Counted from the first letter of the stretch, positions 39,923-54,309 are shown. The stretch: DNA of 64,000 nt from Octopus sinensis (GCF_006345805.1 NC_042999.1:1550001-1614000), one strand, 5' to 3'. Numbers and translations: made by a program. The notes: generated from the letters alone by a model not told the origin.

Positions 39923-40320
39923 GAGTGAGAGAGTAGTGCATACCATCAAAGCGAAACTGGGGTAAAATACACAAAGCCCAGTATACCCATCATGACTACT
40001 CGTCTGATAAGGGTACACCAGGTACATGCCATATGTGCGCGATATGGTGATCTCATATGAAGATAAATAGCGCATGACCTTGCAGGTGGGGCCCAGTTAG
40101 AATTTTCTTCTGGTCGAGTAGCACATCTCACTCAAAAGTCCCTAAATAAGGATTGTTTAAGTATGTTGAACAAACCACCCCAGTTCCCAAAGGTGAATTA
40201 TCCAAAACTCCAAGAATTCCTTTCAACACATGGTTATGATGCTCCCCCACTACTTCTGCTTGTGATCAGAGATGCACATATCGTCAGCCACTAAGGGACA
40301 TGCTCAACTGATTAAGGTCA
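39923..40320. mobile_element. (AAT)n-associated element, copy 3 (inverted, truncated)
   Basis: Reverse complement of part of 17537-18082; abuts (ATT)n at 39858-39922. Confidence 0.7.
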
Positions 40321-40373
40321 CTGAGACATTCCACCAATACTTCTTTCTATTATGAGTGGCTATGGCTTTTATC

Positions 40374-40374
<1 letters not shown>

Positions 40375-40404
<30 letters not shown>

Positions 40405-41353
40405 TGTATGTATGTATGTATGTATATGTATGTGAGCATGTATGAATGTATGTATGTATGTATGTATGTATGTATGTTTGTATGTATGTATGTATGTATG
40501 TATGTATGTATGCATATATGTATGTATGTGAGCATGTATGAATGTATGTATGTATGTATGTTTGTATGTATGTATGTATGTATGTATGTATGTACGTATG
40601 TATGTGAGCATGTATGAATGTATGTATGTATGTATGTATGTATGTTTGTATGTATGTATTTATGTATGTATGTATGTATGTGAGCATGCATGAATGTATG
40701 TATGTATGTATGTATGTATGCATGCACGGATAGATGGACGGATGTATGTGTGTGTATGTATGTATGTATGTATGTGAGCATGTATGTATGTATGTATGTA
40801 TGTATGTATGTATTATGTATGTATATGTGTATGAATGTATGTATGTATGGATGTATGTTTGTATGTATGTATGTTTGTATGTATGTATGTGAGCATGCAT
40901 GAATGTATGTATGTATGTATGTATGTATGCATGCACGGATAGATGACGGATGTATGTGTGTGTATGTATGTATGTATGTGAGCATGTGTGTATGTATGCA
41001 TGTATGTATGTACGTATCTATGTATGTATGTGTGTATGTATGTATGTATGTATATATGTATGTATGTGAGCATGTATGAATGTATGTATGTATGTATGTA
41101 TGTATGTATGTATGTTTGTATGTATGTATGTATGTATGTGAGCATGTTTGTATGTATGTATGTGAGCATGTATGAATGTATGTATGTATGTATGTATGTA
41201 TGTATGTATGTTTGTATGTATGTAGTATGTATGTATGTAAGTATGTATGTATGTAAGTATGTATGTATGTATGATGTATGTATGTATGTAGTATGTATGT
41301 ATGTAAGTATGTATGTATGTAGTATGTATGTATGTAGTATGTATGTATGTATG

Positions 41354-41384
<31 letters not shown>

Positions 41385-41880
41385 GTATGTATGTATGTAT
41401 GTATGTATGTATTTATGTATGTATGTATGTGTATGTATGTATGTATGTGAGCATGTATGAATGTATGTATGTATGTATGTATGTGAGCATGTATGTATGT
41501 ATGTATGTATGTATGTATGTATTATGTATGTATATGTGTATGAATGTATGTATGTATGTATGTATGTTTGTATGTATGTATGTTTGTATGTATGTATGTG
41601 AGCATGCATGAATGTATGTATGTATGTATGTATGTATGCATGCACGGATAGATGGACGGATGTATGTGTGTGTATGTATGTATGTATGTGAGCATGTGTG
41701 TATGTATGCATGTATGTATGTACGTATCTATGTATGTATGTGTGTATGTATATGTGTATGCATTGTGCGTAAAAATGTATGTATGCATGTGTTTGTATAT
41801 ATCTGTGTATGTAGGTATGCATGCATGTATACATGTATGCATGTCTTTATGTACATACATATGTATGTATTTATGTATCT
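40375..41880 (+). repeat. 1.5-kb (ATGT)n satellite with higher-order duplications
   Basis: Direct reading; marker GCATGCACGGATAGATG(G)ACGGATG recurs at ~40720, ~40929 and ~41637. Confidence 0.95.
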
Positions 41881-42394
41881 GCTTTCAGTTTCCATATACC
41901 ACATCTCAATGCACTGGTTTTTCCCCGGGCTGTACTAGAAGACACTTACTGCCCAAGATGCCATGCAGTGTAATTGAACCTAACATCATGTGGTTGAGAA
42001 GCAAATTGCTTATCCACACAGCTAAACCTACAGCACAACCATCAAACCTTGTGGAACAGGCGTAACTGATAAACACAATCAAATGACCGCAGGCTTAAAT
42101 AATTAATATATAGGATTTACAATTAATGATAGGATTTATAAATGACTCTTAATTAGCAATACGGAAGAACACAAATGATTGTAAAACCATTTGATTATAT
42201 ATGTATGGTCAGTTCATTCAAGTTTCAGACATGAAACTCATACCGATTCCGTTGAAAAATAAAATATTAATTTAATTTAGGAATCTGCAGAATGGTAATT
42301 ATTCAGCTGAAATTAAATTAGCTATTTTGTACTAAATAAGAATATTAGACATTCATTATTTCAACTAGCAAAAACTATCATAATAATAATAATA

Positions 42395-42429
<35 letters not shown>

Positions 42430-42442
42430 TTAATAATAATAA

Positions 42443-42998
42443 ATGCCCTGATGCAGCACCAGGCTGTGGCTCTCGTGGCTCCTGATCTTAACTGATTGGA
42501 AGTGTTATCATGTACATTGTTTTGTCTTGGTATAAAAGATGGGCTACAGCAAATATTCTGCTCAATACCACAGATTTGCTTGTCAGTTGTTTGACCTTAA
42601 CAAGTTGACCATGACCCTTAATGGCTGAGGATATGTGCATCTCTGATCACAAGCAGAAGTAGTCGGGGGAGTATCATAGCTGTGTGTTGAAAGGAATTCT
42701 TGAAGGTTTGGATAGTTCACATTTGGATACATGGGTGGTTCATTCAAAATTCTTAAACAATCCTTATTCAGGGACCTTTTGAGCAGGGGGGCTATTCAAT
42801 CTGAAGAAAATTCTAACTGGGCCCCAACTGCAAGGTCATGTGCTGTTTATCTTGATATGAGATCACCCTGTTGTGCACATATGGTTGTGGTGCATGTGCC
42901 TGGTGTACCCTTATCAGACAGGTAGTCATGATGGGTATACTGGGCTTCGTATATTTTACCCCAGTGTTACTTTGATGGCATGCACTGCTCTCTCACTC
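42443..42998. mobile_element. (AAT)n-associated element, copy 2 (full length)
   Basis: Homologous to 17537-18082; (AAT)n on both sides. Confidence 0.75.
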
Positions 42999-43065
42999 AA
43001 TAATAATAATAATAATAATATTTATAGGATTGATGTTACTCCTCCAGCAGAAAGTAAAGAAGCAA

Positions 43066-43463
43066 TCTTTATATATAAAAGTGAGGTTGTGTGCTGTCTG
43101 TCTCCTACGATTTAGATTCCTAACTACTCCCACATTTTGCGGTGCAGTTTAACCAAAACCGGGTATCTTATAGTCGTGATTCATATCGAGCCCTTCTGGG
43201 TATTAGCGTGCGTCTACGATGAGTCTACGATTTAAAAAAAAAATTTGCCATCAATTTTCCCCATTTTTAATGCATTTTTGGCATATATAAGGGAAGTAAA
43301 ACTCTCAAAATTTATTGTTAAATCTCAGAACGTAAAAAGCTACAGTAACACCCCCCCCTTTGTGGTTAACCATATTGAGATGGCTATTACACTTTACATC
43401 TCTAAAAATGCTTTTATAGTTATTTCCCTTACAAACCTGAGCAACGCCGGGCGATACTGCTAG
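43066..43463 (+). mobile_element. Non-autonomous Helitron
   Basis: A|TCTTTATATATAAAAG...GCAACGCCGGGCGATACTGCTAG|T: 5' TC, 3' GC-rich subterminus and CTAG, AT insertion site, no TSD. Confidence 0.75.
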
Positions 43464-43834
43464 TAAAGAATAAAGAAGAGTGTGACTGTTATCAAAAGAA
43501 TGATATTTCGACATCTTGTGTGTCTTCCACAGGTTCAGAAATAAACTTGTTAATCTTCTTCATCTTAGAGCCCCCAGTAATGAATAAGAGAATAAGAGAA
43601 AGATGTGATTACTGCCAAACAAAAATGATATTTCTTGTAGATAGTTAATGAAGTTGTTAATTACTTTTTAGTTTCTAATTAGCTTTAAACTAAAGTGCTT
43701 AAACTTCCACCTTCAGATGGCGCTAAAGTGGAAATATAAATGATGAAGTTCTCAATTAAATGCCAAACTAAGGTGACGGCTGTTTTATGAATGATAACTT
43801 TCAAAGTATGGGGAAGCACTCTGTCGGTTACAAC

Positions 43835-44150
43835 GATGAGGGTTCCGGTTGATCTGAATCAACGGAACAGCCTGCTCGTGAAATTAACGTGTAAGTGGCT
43901 GAGCATTCCACAGACACGTGTACCCTTAACATAGTTCTCAGGGATATTCAGCGTGACACAGAGAGTGACAAGGCCGGCCCTTTGAAATACAGGTACAACA
44001 GAAACAGGAAGTAAGAGTGAGAGAAAGTTGTGGTGAAAGAGTACAGCAGGGATTACCACCATCCCCTGCCGGAACCTCGTCTGGGAATCGAAACCGCGAT
44101 CCTATGACCGCGAGTCCGCTGCCCTAACCACTGGGCCATTGTGCCTCCAC
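43835..44150 (-). mobile_element. tRNA-derived SINE, family C
   Basis: Minus strand GGAGGCACAATGGCCCAGTGGTTAGGG...GGTTTCGATTCC and family C tail. Confidence 0.75.
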
Positions 44151-44258
44151 TTTCAAAGTATATTGATGCTAGGATGGGTAATAACAGGAAATGTGTTATT
44201 CCATTCCATAAATATTTCTTGCTACTTATACAAAATGTTAAAATGATAACAAATTTTC

Positions 44259-44656
44259 AGGAGTGGCTGTGTGGTAAGTAGCTTGCTAACCATCCACATG
44301 GTTCCGGGTTCAGTCCCACTGTGTGGCATCTTGGGCAAGTGTCTTCTGCTATAGCCCCGGGCCGACCAATGCCTTGTGAGTGGATTTGGTAGATGGAAAC
44401 TGAAAGAAACCTGTCGTATATATGTATATATATGTATGTGTGTGTGTGTTTGTGTGTCTGTGTTTGTCCCCCTAGCATTGCTTGACAACCGATGCTGGTG
44501 TGTTTACATCCCCGTCACTTAGCGGTTCGGCAAAAGAGACTGATAGAATAAGTACTAGGCTTACAAAGAATAAGTCCCGGGGTCGATTTGATCGACTAAA
44601 GGCAGTGCTCCAGCATGGCCGCAGTCAAATGACTGAAACAAGTAAAAGAGTAAAAG
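44259..44656 (+). mobile_element. tRNA-derived SINE, family B, full length
   Basis: GGAGTGGCTGTGTGG (A box)...GGGTTCAGTCCC (B box)...AAAAGAGTAAAAGAG. Confidence 0.85.
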
Positions 44657-44779
44657 AGATATTAGAATAAAAATTCATAAATCCTCCTCCCTTAACTTCT
44701 CTGTTATTTACTCCAACTCCCCCCTTTCCTCATTTAGCTATGATTCTTTTCCTCCCACTCTCTCTCTCTCTGTTCATGT

Positions 44780-45165
44780 ATCATCATCATCATCATTTAA
44801 CGTCCGCTTTCCATGCTAGCATGGGTTGGACGATTTGACTGAGGGCTGGCAAACCAGATGGCTGCACCAGGCTCCAATCTTGATCTGGCAGAGTTTCTAC
44901 AGCTGGATGCCCTTCCTAATGCCAACCACTCCGAGAGTGTAGTGGGTGCTTTTATGTGCCACTGGCATGGGGCCAATCAGGTGGTACTGGCAACGACCTC
45001 ACTCGAATCTTTTACACATGCCACCGGCACAGGTGCCAGTAAGGCGATGCTGGTAAAGATCACACTCGAATGGTATCTTTTATGTGCTACCAGCACAGAG
45101 GCCCAACAGCCGCTCTGGCAACGATCACGCTCGGACGGTGCTCTTAATACCCTACTAGCACGGGA
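44780..45165 (-). mobile_element. Family D repeat
   Basis: Same consensus, reverse orientation. Confidence 0.7.
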
Positions 45166-45189
45166 CTTGAGTGTGACGATGTATATACT

Positions 45190-45582
45190 CGTTTACTCTT
45201 TTACTTGTTTCAGTCATTTGACTGCGGCCATGCTGGAGCACCGCTTTTAGTCGAGCAAATCGACCCCGGGACTTATTCTTTGTAAGCCCAGTACTTATTC
45301 TATCGGTCTCTTTTGCCGAAACGCTAAGTGACAGGGACGTAAACACACCAGCATCGGTTGTCAAACAATGCTAGGGGGACAAACACAGACACACACACAC
45401 ACATATATATATACATATATACGACAGGCTTCTTTCAGTTTCCGTCTACCAAATCCACTCACAAGGCATTGGTCGGCCTGAGGTTATAGCAGAAGACACT
45501 TGCCCAAGATGCCACGCAGTGGGACAGAACCTGGAACCATGTGGTTGGTAAGCAAGCTACTTACCACACAGCCACTCCTGTG
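45190..45582 (-). mobile_element. tRNA-derived SINE, family B, full length
   Basis: Reverse complement of family B consensus. Confidence 0.85.
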
Positions 45583-45711
45583 CCCATAATAATAGGCTGC
45601 TCTAACCACTAGGCCATGTGCCTCCACGGAGTTTCATACATGGACAAGAAGACTCTCTCTCTCTCTAACTGTATGTACATATACCCATATATATATATAT
45701 ATATACATATA

Positions 45712-46205
45712 TATCATCATCATCATCATCATCATCGTTTAACATCCGTTCTTCATGCTAGCAAGGGTTGGACGGTTCGACCGGGGATCTGGGAAGCCAG
45801 AGGGCTGCACCAGGCTCCAGTCTTATCTGGCAATGTTTCTACAGCTGGATGCCCTTCCTAAGGCCAACCACTCTGTGAGTGTAGTGGGTGCTTTTTACGT
45901 GCCACCTGCACAGGTGCCAGGCGAGGCTGGCAACGGCCATGGTCGGATTGGTGTATTTTATGTGCCACCGGCACGGAAGCCAGTCGAGGCTGCGTTGGCA
46001 TCGGCCACGAGTCGGATAGTGCTTTCTACGTACCACCAGACCAGGGATCCTGGCTGGTTCAATTCGATTTCTCTTTCGCTTGCCCCAACATGTCTTTGCA
46101 AGCAAAGGGGGTTTGGCATGGGTGCCTGTCATATGGTCGGATTGGTGTATTTTACGTGCCACCAGCACGGAAGTGGAGGCAGCGCTGGCATCGGCCACGA
46201 GTCGG
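45712..46205 (-). mobile_element. Family D subfamily copy
   Basis: Closely matches 13640-14140 in opposite orientation. Confidence 0.75.
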
Positions 46206-46458
46206 ATATATATATATATATATATATATATAAAGATATCTGTGTGTGTGTGAGTCTATGTTGCTGTCCAAACGTCCATGAGTCAGAAAAAGCAGGCACT
46301 CGTGTATTAGTTAATAGCATGGGGCTTTTTATTTTTATTTTTATTAATAAAATGCAATATTATAGCCTCATAACAGGCAAATTACCAACTGGTATGAAAC
46401 CAGTAGGTAATTTGGCCATTATGAGATCATAACATTGTGTTTTATCATCATCATCATC

Positions 46459-46508
<50 letters not shown>

Positions 46509-46901
46509 ATAATAACATATGCATATGTATTTATGTACACATATGCATATCTATGTATCTGATAAGAAAAAATATATATGTGTGTGTATATATATATATA
46601 TACACACACACACACAAACATATATATACATACACACACATATATATGTATGTATTTATGTATGTATGTATGTATGTATGTATGTATGTATGTATGTATA
46701 TATCTGATAAGGAAATATATGTATATATAATCATCACCATCATCATCTCCATTTAACATCCATTCTTCATGCTATATATATATATATATATATATATCGA
46801 TATATATATATATGTATACACACACACCCAAATATATATACGACTAATGAAGATATATGTGTGCTTGCATGTGTATGTGGGTATGTGTGTGTGAGCATGT
46901 C

Positions 46902-46946
<45 letters not shown>

Positions 46947-47534
46947 TTGTGTGTATGTGTTTCTGAAATATAACACATGCCATACAACAGTTAAGAGAAA
47001 TCTTTATTACTCAAGCTATTTTCTGCGAAAAAAAAACTGCAGTTTTGGGTGGCATTTCTTTATCATTATTATTTTTTTTTCCTCTGCTTTTGTTGTCTGG
47101 CCATAAACACCATATCATATGCACCAGCACCAAAAGAAATTTCTTATTTTATTGGAAATTGATATAATTATCGACCGATGAAATTGTTTTGACTTTGTTA
47201 TTGGTTCATGAACACTTAAATAAGTTTTGTCAAATACAAGAGGGAGAGAACTGAAAGGAAATATAAAATTGGTAAAATGCCAACATTTCCACCAAACACA
47301 TGTTTAAGTAAAAATGATAGTAATGAGTTATCAATTCTGTTAATGGTCGCTTAATGTTAACGATGGTTAAACTACGTCTATGTATAAAATGTACGACTAC
47401 TGTGTGTTGCTATTAATGGGTCTTCACCAGTTTCTATGAGGAGCACTCTGAGTGGTACGATCAATGGAAACAGTCTGTTCCTTGAAGTGGTTAAAGAGGC
47501 TGAGTAGTTCTTAGAGATGTGTAAGCCTTAATGG

Positions 47535-48012
47535 AAATCATCATCATCGTTATCATCATCATCATCATAATCAGTATCTTCATTATTATCGATAACGATG
47601 TCATTATCATCAATGTCAACATCATCATCATTGTAGTCATCATTATCATCATCATCATCATCATCATCCTCACTGTCATCATCATCATCACATCATCATC
47701 GTTGTCCTCAATGTCTTGATGATGATGAGGATGATGATGATGATGATGATGATGACGATGGCAATGAGGATGATGGTGATGATTATAGTAGTCATCATCA
47801 TTGTCACCTTTGCCCTTTGTTGTCATCATCAGCATAAACATCATTATCATCATTATCTTCATCATAAACATCATCTTTGACATCATTGTCACTATCACAA
47901 TCATCATCGTCATGACCACCAACAATGTTGTTGTCATCATCGTCATGGTCTTCATCATCATCATCATCATCATTATCATCATCACTGTCGTTGTCATCAC
48001 CATCATCATTGT
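47535..48012 (+). repeat. Degenerate (CAT)n/(GAT)n microsatellite
   Basis: Direct reading. Confidence 0.9.
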
Positions 48013-48477
48013 TTGACATACATCAACTCTCCCCACTTCAGATGGAACCTGTTGAAGCAACTTATCTTTTCCTACAGTTGGATGCCCTTTCTGTGAAGGG
48101 CATTCAGTTGTAGAGACCATGCCAATATGGAAAATGGATGTTAAATGATGATGATATATATTTTATTTTATTTTATTTTATCTAGTTTCAGCTCACGTGC
48201 TGTGGCCAGTGCTCCAGCATGGCCACAGTCAAGATGACTGAAGGAGTAGTTGCATCCAAGGAAATACTGGTTCAATACCTAGTGTTGTTGGGGAATGAAA
48301 TTTTCTTAAACAATTAGTATATATAAAGCATATAGTTTATATCCATGTAAAAAAAAGAATAGAGTCTGCTGAGATGAATTGATAAGTCCACATACAGCAT
48401 CCAAAGGTACATCATTTTACCTCTGATGAAATTGTATAATGTCACATAAATGTAAATTTAATGTACAAATTGTAATC

Positions 48478-48497
48478 ATTCTCTCTCTCTCTCTCTT

Positions 48498-48528
<31 letters not shown>

Positions 48529-48912
48529 TTTTTGTTTATGTGTGTGGACACATTTCACTTTATGTGGCTTAAGAGAGGAAAGGTGATTATCCTGCTCAAT
48601 TAATAAATTACATATTTCTCTCTTTCTCTCTCTCCTCCCTCTGTCACCCTCTCTCTCCAACCTTCTCGCTCCCATTTCTCTTTTCCTTTCTCTCTCCCCT
48701 TCTCTCTCTTCTTTTTTCCCTCTCTCTCCTCTCCTCCCTCTCTCACCCTCTCTCTCCATCCTTCTCACTCCCATTTCTCTTTCCCTCTCTCTCTCCATCA
48801 TTCTCTCTACCCTTCTCTCCTTCTCTCTGTTCTTTTCTCTCCCTCTCTCTCCAACTCTCTCTCTCTTCTCCTCTCTCTCTCGCTCTCTTGCCATCTTTCT
48901 TTCTCTCTCTAT
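48478..48912 (+). repeat. CT-rich polypyrimidine tract
   Basis: Direct reading. Confidence 0.9.
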
Positions 48913-49679
48913 GTGTCACCACATTTCTCATCATGTGTACAAAGAGAGGGAAAGTGTTAATATCAATCACGTTCAATTAATAAATCGTAATACCCCCCTC
49001 TTTCTCTCTTTTTGTATGTGTATATTTCTACACTTGTGCACATGTGTGTGTATGTACATGTGTGCATACATACATGTACGTGTGTATGTATGTGTGTGTG
49101 TAATTGCCCTCGGTACCAAGACATATAGTTACTAAAACAGGCTGAATGTCCAGTCAGCCATGCCACGTCAGCATCCAAAGAGCCATGCCAAATCATCTCA
49201 TTCCATCATGAAGTGGGATCGCACCTACAGTTATATGACGACTGAGAAACGATCATTTTAAGCATCCAGCCGTTGCTTACATCCACACACCTATTAAATG
49301 GACACACAATCGCGATTGATTGTATCTAGGTGTTAAATGAGATTTTAAAACTATTGCCAATAAATTAGAAGGCTTGGTGAATTGTCATGCAGGTATGAAC
49401 ATTTGATAAACTTGTTGGTCACCTTTACATGAATGTTCGGTAAAGCAGAAATGTTATGCAGTATAGCAGAAATGCTTAACACCTTCTTGAGTCTGATGAA
49501 GATGGAGATGATCTGTACTGACAAAGAGTTTGTCTGTAGAAGAGTTGTATAAATCCTGTTACCATGAAGAGGGAAGGAAGCTAATATTTCAACCATTTGC
49601 CAGGGTTTTTTTTTTTGAGACTAAGATATATATACATTTGTGTGAGTGTGTGTATATAATATCTATGTAAATATTGGTG

Positions 49680-50080
49680 GTGGAGTAGCAGTGTGGTAAG
49701 TAGCCTGCTTACGAACCACATGGTTCTGATTTCAATCTCACTACGTGGAACCTTGGGCAAGTGTTTTCTACTCTAGCCTCGGACTGACCAAAGCCTTGTG
49801 AGTGGATTTGGTAGACAGAAACTGAAAGAAGCCTGTCGTATATGTGTATATATGTGTGTGTGTGTGTGTTTGTGTGTCTGTGTTTGTCCCCCCAACATCA
49901 CTTGACAACAGATGGTGGTGTGTTTACGTCCCCGTAACTTAGCGGTTTGGCAAAAGAGACTGATAGAATAAGTACTAGACTTACAAAAAGTAAGTCCTTT
50001 GGTCAATTTGCTCGACCAAAGGCGGTGCTCCAGCATGGCCACAGTCACATAACTGAAACAAGTAAAATAGTAAAGAGAGT
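49680..50080 (+). mobile_element. tRNA-derived SINE, family B
   Basis: Family B consensus. Confidence 0.8.
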
Positions 50081-50223
50081 AATATATATATATATATAGA
50101 ATGGTTGTATACTGTCAATCTAACGTGAACGTGACAGTTGGGGGTTACACCACTGCTGTTTAGCCCTAGGAAGCATCGACGCCTCCTGATGGCTTTGACA
50201 CATTATTCCTGTGTTTTTATATA

Positions 50224-50283
50224 CATTTACGAAGGGGAGACAAACACCCCCAGTACTTAGTGTTTGTCTCCCCTTCGTAAATG
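50224..50283. repeat. Perfect 24-bp-arm hairpin, 12-nt loop
   Basis: CATTTACGAAGGGGAGACAAACAC-ccccagtactta-GTGTTTGTCTCCCCTTCGTAAATG. Confidence 0.9.
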
Positions 50284-50629
50284 ATAGAATAAGTACTAGG
50301 CTTCCAAAGAATAAGTCCTGAGGTTGATTTGCTCGACTAAAGGTAGTGCTCCAGCATGGCCACAGTCAAATGACTGAAACAAGTAAAAGAATAAAAGGTA
50401 GAAAACGCTAAAATAATTTTTAAAAAACATTTCAGTACCGGTTTCAGTCATTGAGACTTTTTCAACTGTAAGCATGGAAAACAACTAAATTTCGGAAAAA
50501 TTAAAAGAAAAGTTTTTTAAAAGAATATTTGTATAGTGTTCAAATATAAGCGGCATTTTCCTTGTTTCTGCCTGTCTCTGTCTCTCTTGTTTACTCTTGT
50601 GGGTTCGAGGTCATTGTGAATTCTTGGCA

Positions 50630-50707
<78 letters not shown>

Positions 50708-51969
50708 AAGCAAGAGATAAGAATGTATTAAATTTTTAAAAGTATCACTGTAGTTGTAGTCAGGTGAAGAATTTCATCTGCGTATCCAAAAATCATCCCA
50801 GAAAAAGAAAGAATGGAATCAAAACTGTCTTCGGGGCAATAATTTACAAACACAAGTTGTTACCATCATAGAATTGGTGTCATTTGTTTACAGTTTACCA
50901 ATCGTCTTTAAAAAGGACCAGAAACAAGCTCAGCTACTTTGATATCATTAACAGAAACATACGGCATGAGATTGAAGATCTTCTAAGTCAAACAGGGAAC
51001 AGAGCTTCTTGGAGGGTGCCTGGTGAAATGCAACTGCTGTTGCTTCTAGAAGAATTATTATATTAGATATATATATATTATCTATTATATCTTCTTTGTA
51101 TATAAATGTCAGATATTATCAGGAGGAGGGGAACAAATGGCAAGAACTGTATTACTAAAAGAAAGATGTTGAGCAGCAACAACAGAAAATGGAACAGCAG
51201 CAAGCAGCAGCAGCAGCAGTAGTAGCAGTCTGGTCATTGTCCTATTCATGAAGGACTTGGAGAAATATTTCTTTACTTGTATACAGGTGAGGTTTGGTGA
51301 AAGGAAGGGCATCTGCCCATAGTTTATCATCGTCAGGAAATTTCATCTGACAGAAGCAAAGAAGAGAGCATATTAACAATGAGGTAATATACACACAAAC
51401 ATACATACATACATATATACATACATAAATATACATACATATATACATACATACATATATATATATAATATATATATATATATACAGACGTCAACACACA
51501 TACATATATATATAATATATATATATATAATATATATGTGTGTGTGTGTGTATGTATATATACGTCCACACACATGTATATATACATATAAATATATCTA
51601 AATCTATGAGAATCAATGTTTTGTTTGTATGTGTCGAAACATCAAAGTTTCTCAACAAATCTTCAACGAATTTTGCATATGCATCCCAAATCATCTCGGA
51701 TACAGAAAGTTGGGGGAAGCAATGGGGTCAAAGGTGTCTCTGGGGTAATATTTTACAAACATAAATTGATAGATGTCAGAATATATAAACAGACTTTCAG
51801 ATTCTATTTTGAAAATGCCTTTTCATTATCAATAAAATCTTGTTTCTAACAGGAAAAAACTGAAGTCTAAAACTGTCCTCTGTACAGGTAAGAAGAGCAC
51901 AAAATATAAATACACACACTCACACACACACACACACAGATATGTATGTATATACACCCACACACACAA

Positions 51970-52000
<31 letters not shown>

Positions 52001-52009
52001 CACACACAT

Positions 52010-52040
<31 letters not shown>

Positions 52041-52123
52041 GTTGTACTTGTAGTTGCTAATACATACATATACACATATACACACAGACATTTATATGCA
52101 CACACACACAACACATACATACA

Positions 52124-52191
<68 letters not shown>

Positions 52192-52460
52192 TGTGTGTGT
52201 ACTTGCATTTTGCTAAGGAATATCAGAGAAGTTTCAGAACAGTAAGAAAAAAACAAAAATAAGCAGTTCAGGAATTGAATCCCTTGACAAACATCAAATT
52301 ATGGATGACTCTCCCTTCTCACTGTGGCTGTCAAACAGTGGATGACATACTGAAAACCTGTAAGCAGCAACACATATATTCCCAAGAAGGGATACAAATC
52401 ATGAATATACATACATACATACAAATATACATACATACATAATATATAATATATATATAT

Positions 52461-52495
<35 letters not shown>

Positions 52496-52639
52496 AATAC
52501 AGTTTATATAGGTATATATATTAACAGCTAATGTTGTAAAACTCATTGTCTTAAAAAGTGTCTTTGTCATTTAATTAGTTGTTGTTTGCAAATAACGATT
52601 TTTTTAGTAATTATTCTGTCATAGTCTTGATAATTATCT

Positions 52640-53005
52640 CATGTTTACATTGGTGTTTTCATTGCCGTATCTGAGACCCCCTTCAGTCCTGAATGACCAT
52701 GGGATTGCACCTAGAAAGTTACCCTCTGAAGCACAAGTCTGGGCAAAGTTGTTTATGGAAGGCAAAGCAGTTACCCATGCATAGCAGCCTTCCCTCTCCA
52801 CACCACTGATGTTATCCAAAGGAAAGGCAAAAGGGGCCGATACAGCTTGGCACCAGTGACACCACAACTCATTTCTACAGCTGAGTGAACTGGAGCAACA
52901 TGAAATAAAGTGTCTTGCTCGAGAACATAACATGCAGCCTGGTCCGGGAATTAAACTCACAATCTCACGATCAGAAACTCATTGCTCTAACCACTGAGCA
53001 ATGTG
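52640..53005 (-). mobile_element. Family C-related SINE
   Basis: Minus strand TTGCTCAGTGGTTAGAGC...GAGTTTAATTCC..GAGCAAGACACTTTATTTC. Confidence 0.65.
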
Positions 53006-53421
53006 TCTTCCTTTATTGCTATGTAAGTTACATGTTTTTGCAGTGCATTGATAACATTACAATGAAAACCTTAGGAATTAAGCATGAGTTCTTCCGTCGA
53101 ATTAATTTATTCTGACTTTCTCATAATGTTTTCTTGGTAAGGACAATGGGGTTCTTTGCCATTGCCTTTCCCAACAGGGTGGCCATTGGCCCACAAGAAA
53201 CTCATCTATCCTTCAATAGGCCTTGTTTTTAGTCCTTTTTGCATGCCCAGACACCCACCCGATTAGAGTTGCATGCTACTCCAATGAGGGTTCGAGTTTA
53301 GTTTGCTGACCACTAGGCTATGAAACAGGCAGCACTAGTTTACATGGTAACCAATAGCAATTCTCCTCTGTCTGTAATGAGATTCTTGACCTGACTACAA
53401 CAACAGTGAAACCTTTTGAGA

Positions 53422-53570
53422 TATATGGTTGTGATGATGCATTTGCTTGGTGTACCCTTATCAGATGGGTACTCATGATGGGTATATTTGGGTACTCATG
53501 ATGGGTATATTTGGCTTCATATATTTGTACCCCTGTGACACTTTGACCGCATACACTGTTCTCTCACCCA
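53422..53570. mobile_element. (AAT)n-associated element, partial copy 4
   Basis: Matches the last ~150 bp of 42443-42998 with a 22-bp internal duplication; followed by AATAATAAC. Confidence 0.6.
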
Positions 53571-53580
53571 ATAATAACAA

Positions 53581-54045
53581 TCCGTTCTACTATAAGCACA
53601 AGGCCTGAAACTTTGGGGGAGGGGGAAACTAGTTGATTACATCAACCCCAGTGCATAACTGGTACTTAATTTATCGACTCTGAAAGGATGAAAGGCAAAG
53701 TCGACCTCAGCGGAATTTGAACTCAGAATGTAGCAACAGACGAAATACCGCTAAGCATTTTATCCAGCATTTTAATGATTCTGCTAGCTCACTGTCTCAA
53801 TAATAATAATAATAACAATAATAATAATCCTTTCTATTATAGGTACAAGACCTGAAATTTGGCAGAGGGGGATAATCAATTACATCGATACCAAGAACTC
53901 AACTGGTATTTATTTTCTGGACCCCAAAAGGATGAAAGGCAAAGTCGACCTTCATAGAATTTGAACTCAGAATGTAGTGGCAGGCGAAATACCGTTAAGC
54001 ATTTCGTCTGACACGCCAATGATTCTGCCCACTTGCCACCTTCAC
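53581..54045 (+). mobile_element. Two family A-related SINE copies
   Basis: GGATGAAAGGCAAAGTCGACCT..GAATTTGAACTCAGAATGTAG twice. Confidence 0.7.
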
Positions 54046-54309
54046 CCAATAATGATAACAATAACAGCAGTGACAACAACAACAACAAACATATAGTATG
54101 GAATCATTGCAAAGGAAAGAGCAAGAGAATATAAAGAAAGGGTGACTGCTACGATCTTCTATCTGCTGTCTTTAAGTGTAAAGCCATCTCAATACTTTTG
54201 CCTGAAATCAATTTAGAAAGCTGTTCCCTTACCAAAGAAAAAATGGTAAACATATACTTACATATATATATATACACACATATATACATATATATATATA
54301 TCTATATTT

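Noticed and set aside
40304-41834. Longest ORFs in the track (494, 210 and 207 aa) and the many Y/I/C/V/H/T-rich or poly-N/K/E/D ORFs elsewhere
   Set aside because: Translations of stop-free microsatellites; no protein-like complexity.
43490-43533. Minus-strand CTGTGGAA-GACA..TGTC-GAAAT motif
   Set aside because: Core does not match CUGANGA and stem I does not pair; at best a dead relic.
50884-51066. Possible host exon YQSSLKRTRNKLSYFDIINRN...
   Set aside because: KLSYF...RN...E..L pattern resembles a decayed RTE ORF2 C-terminus; donor weak; not supportable as host CDS.
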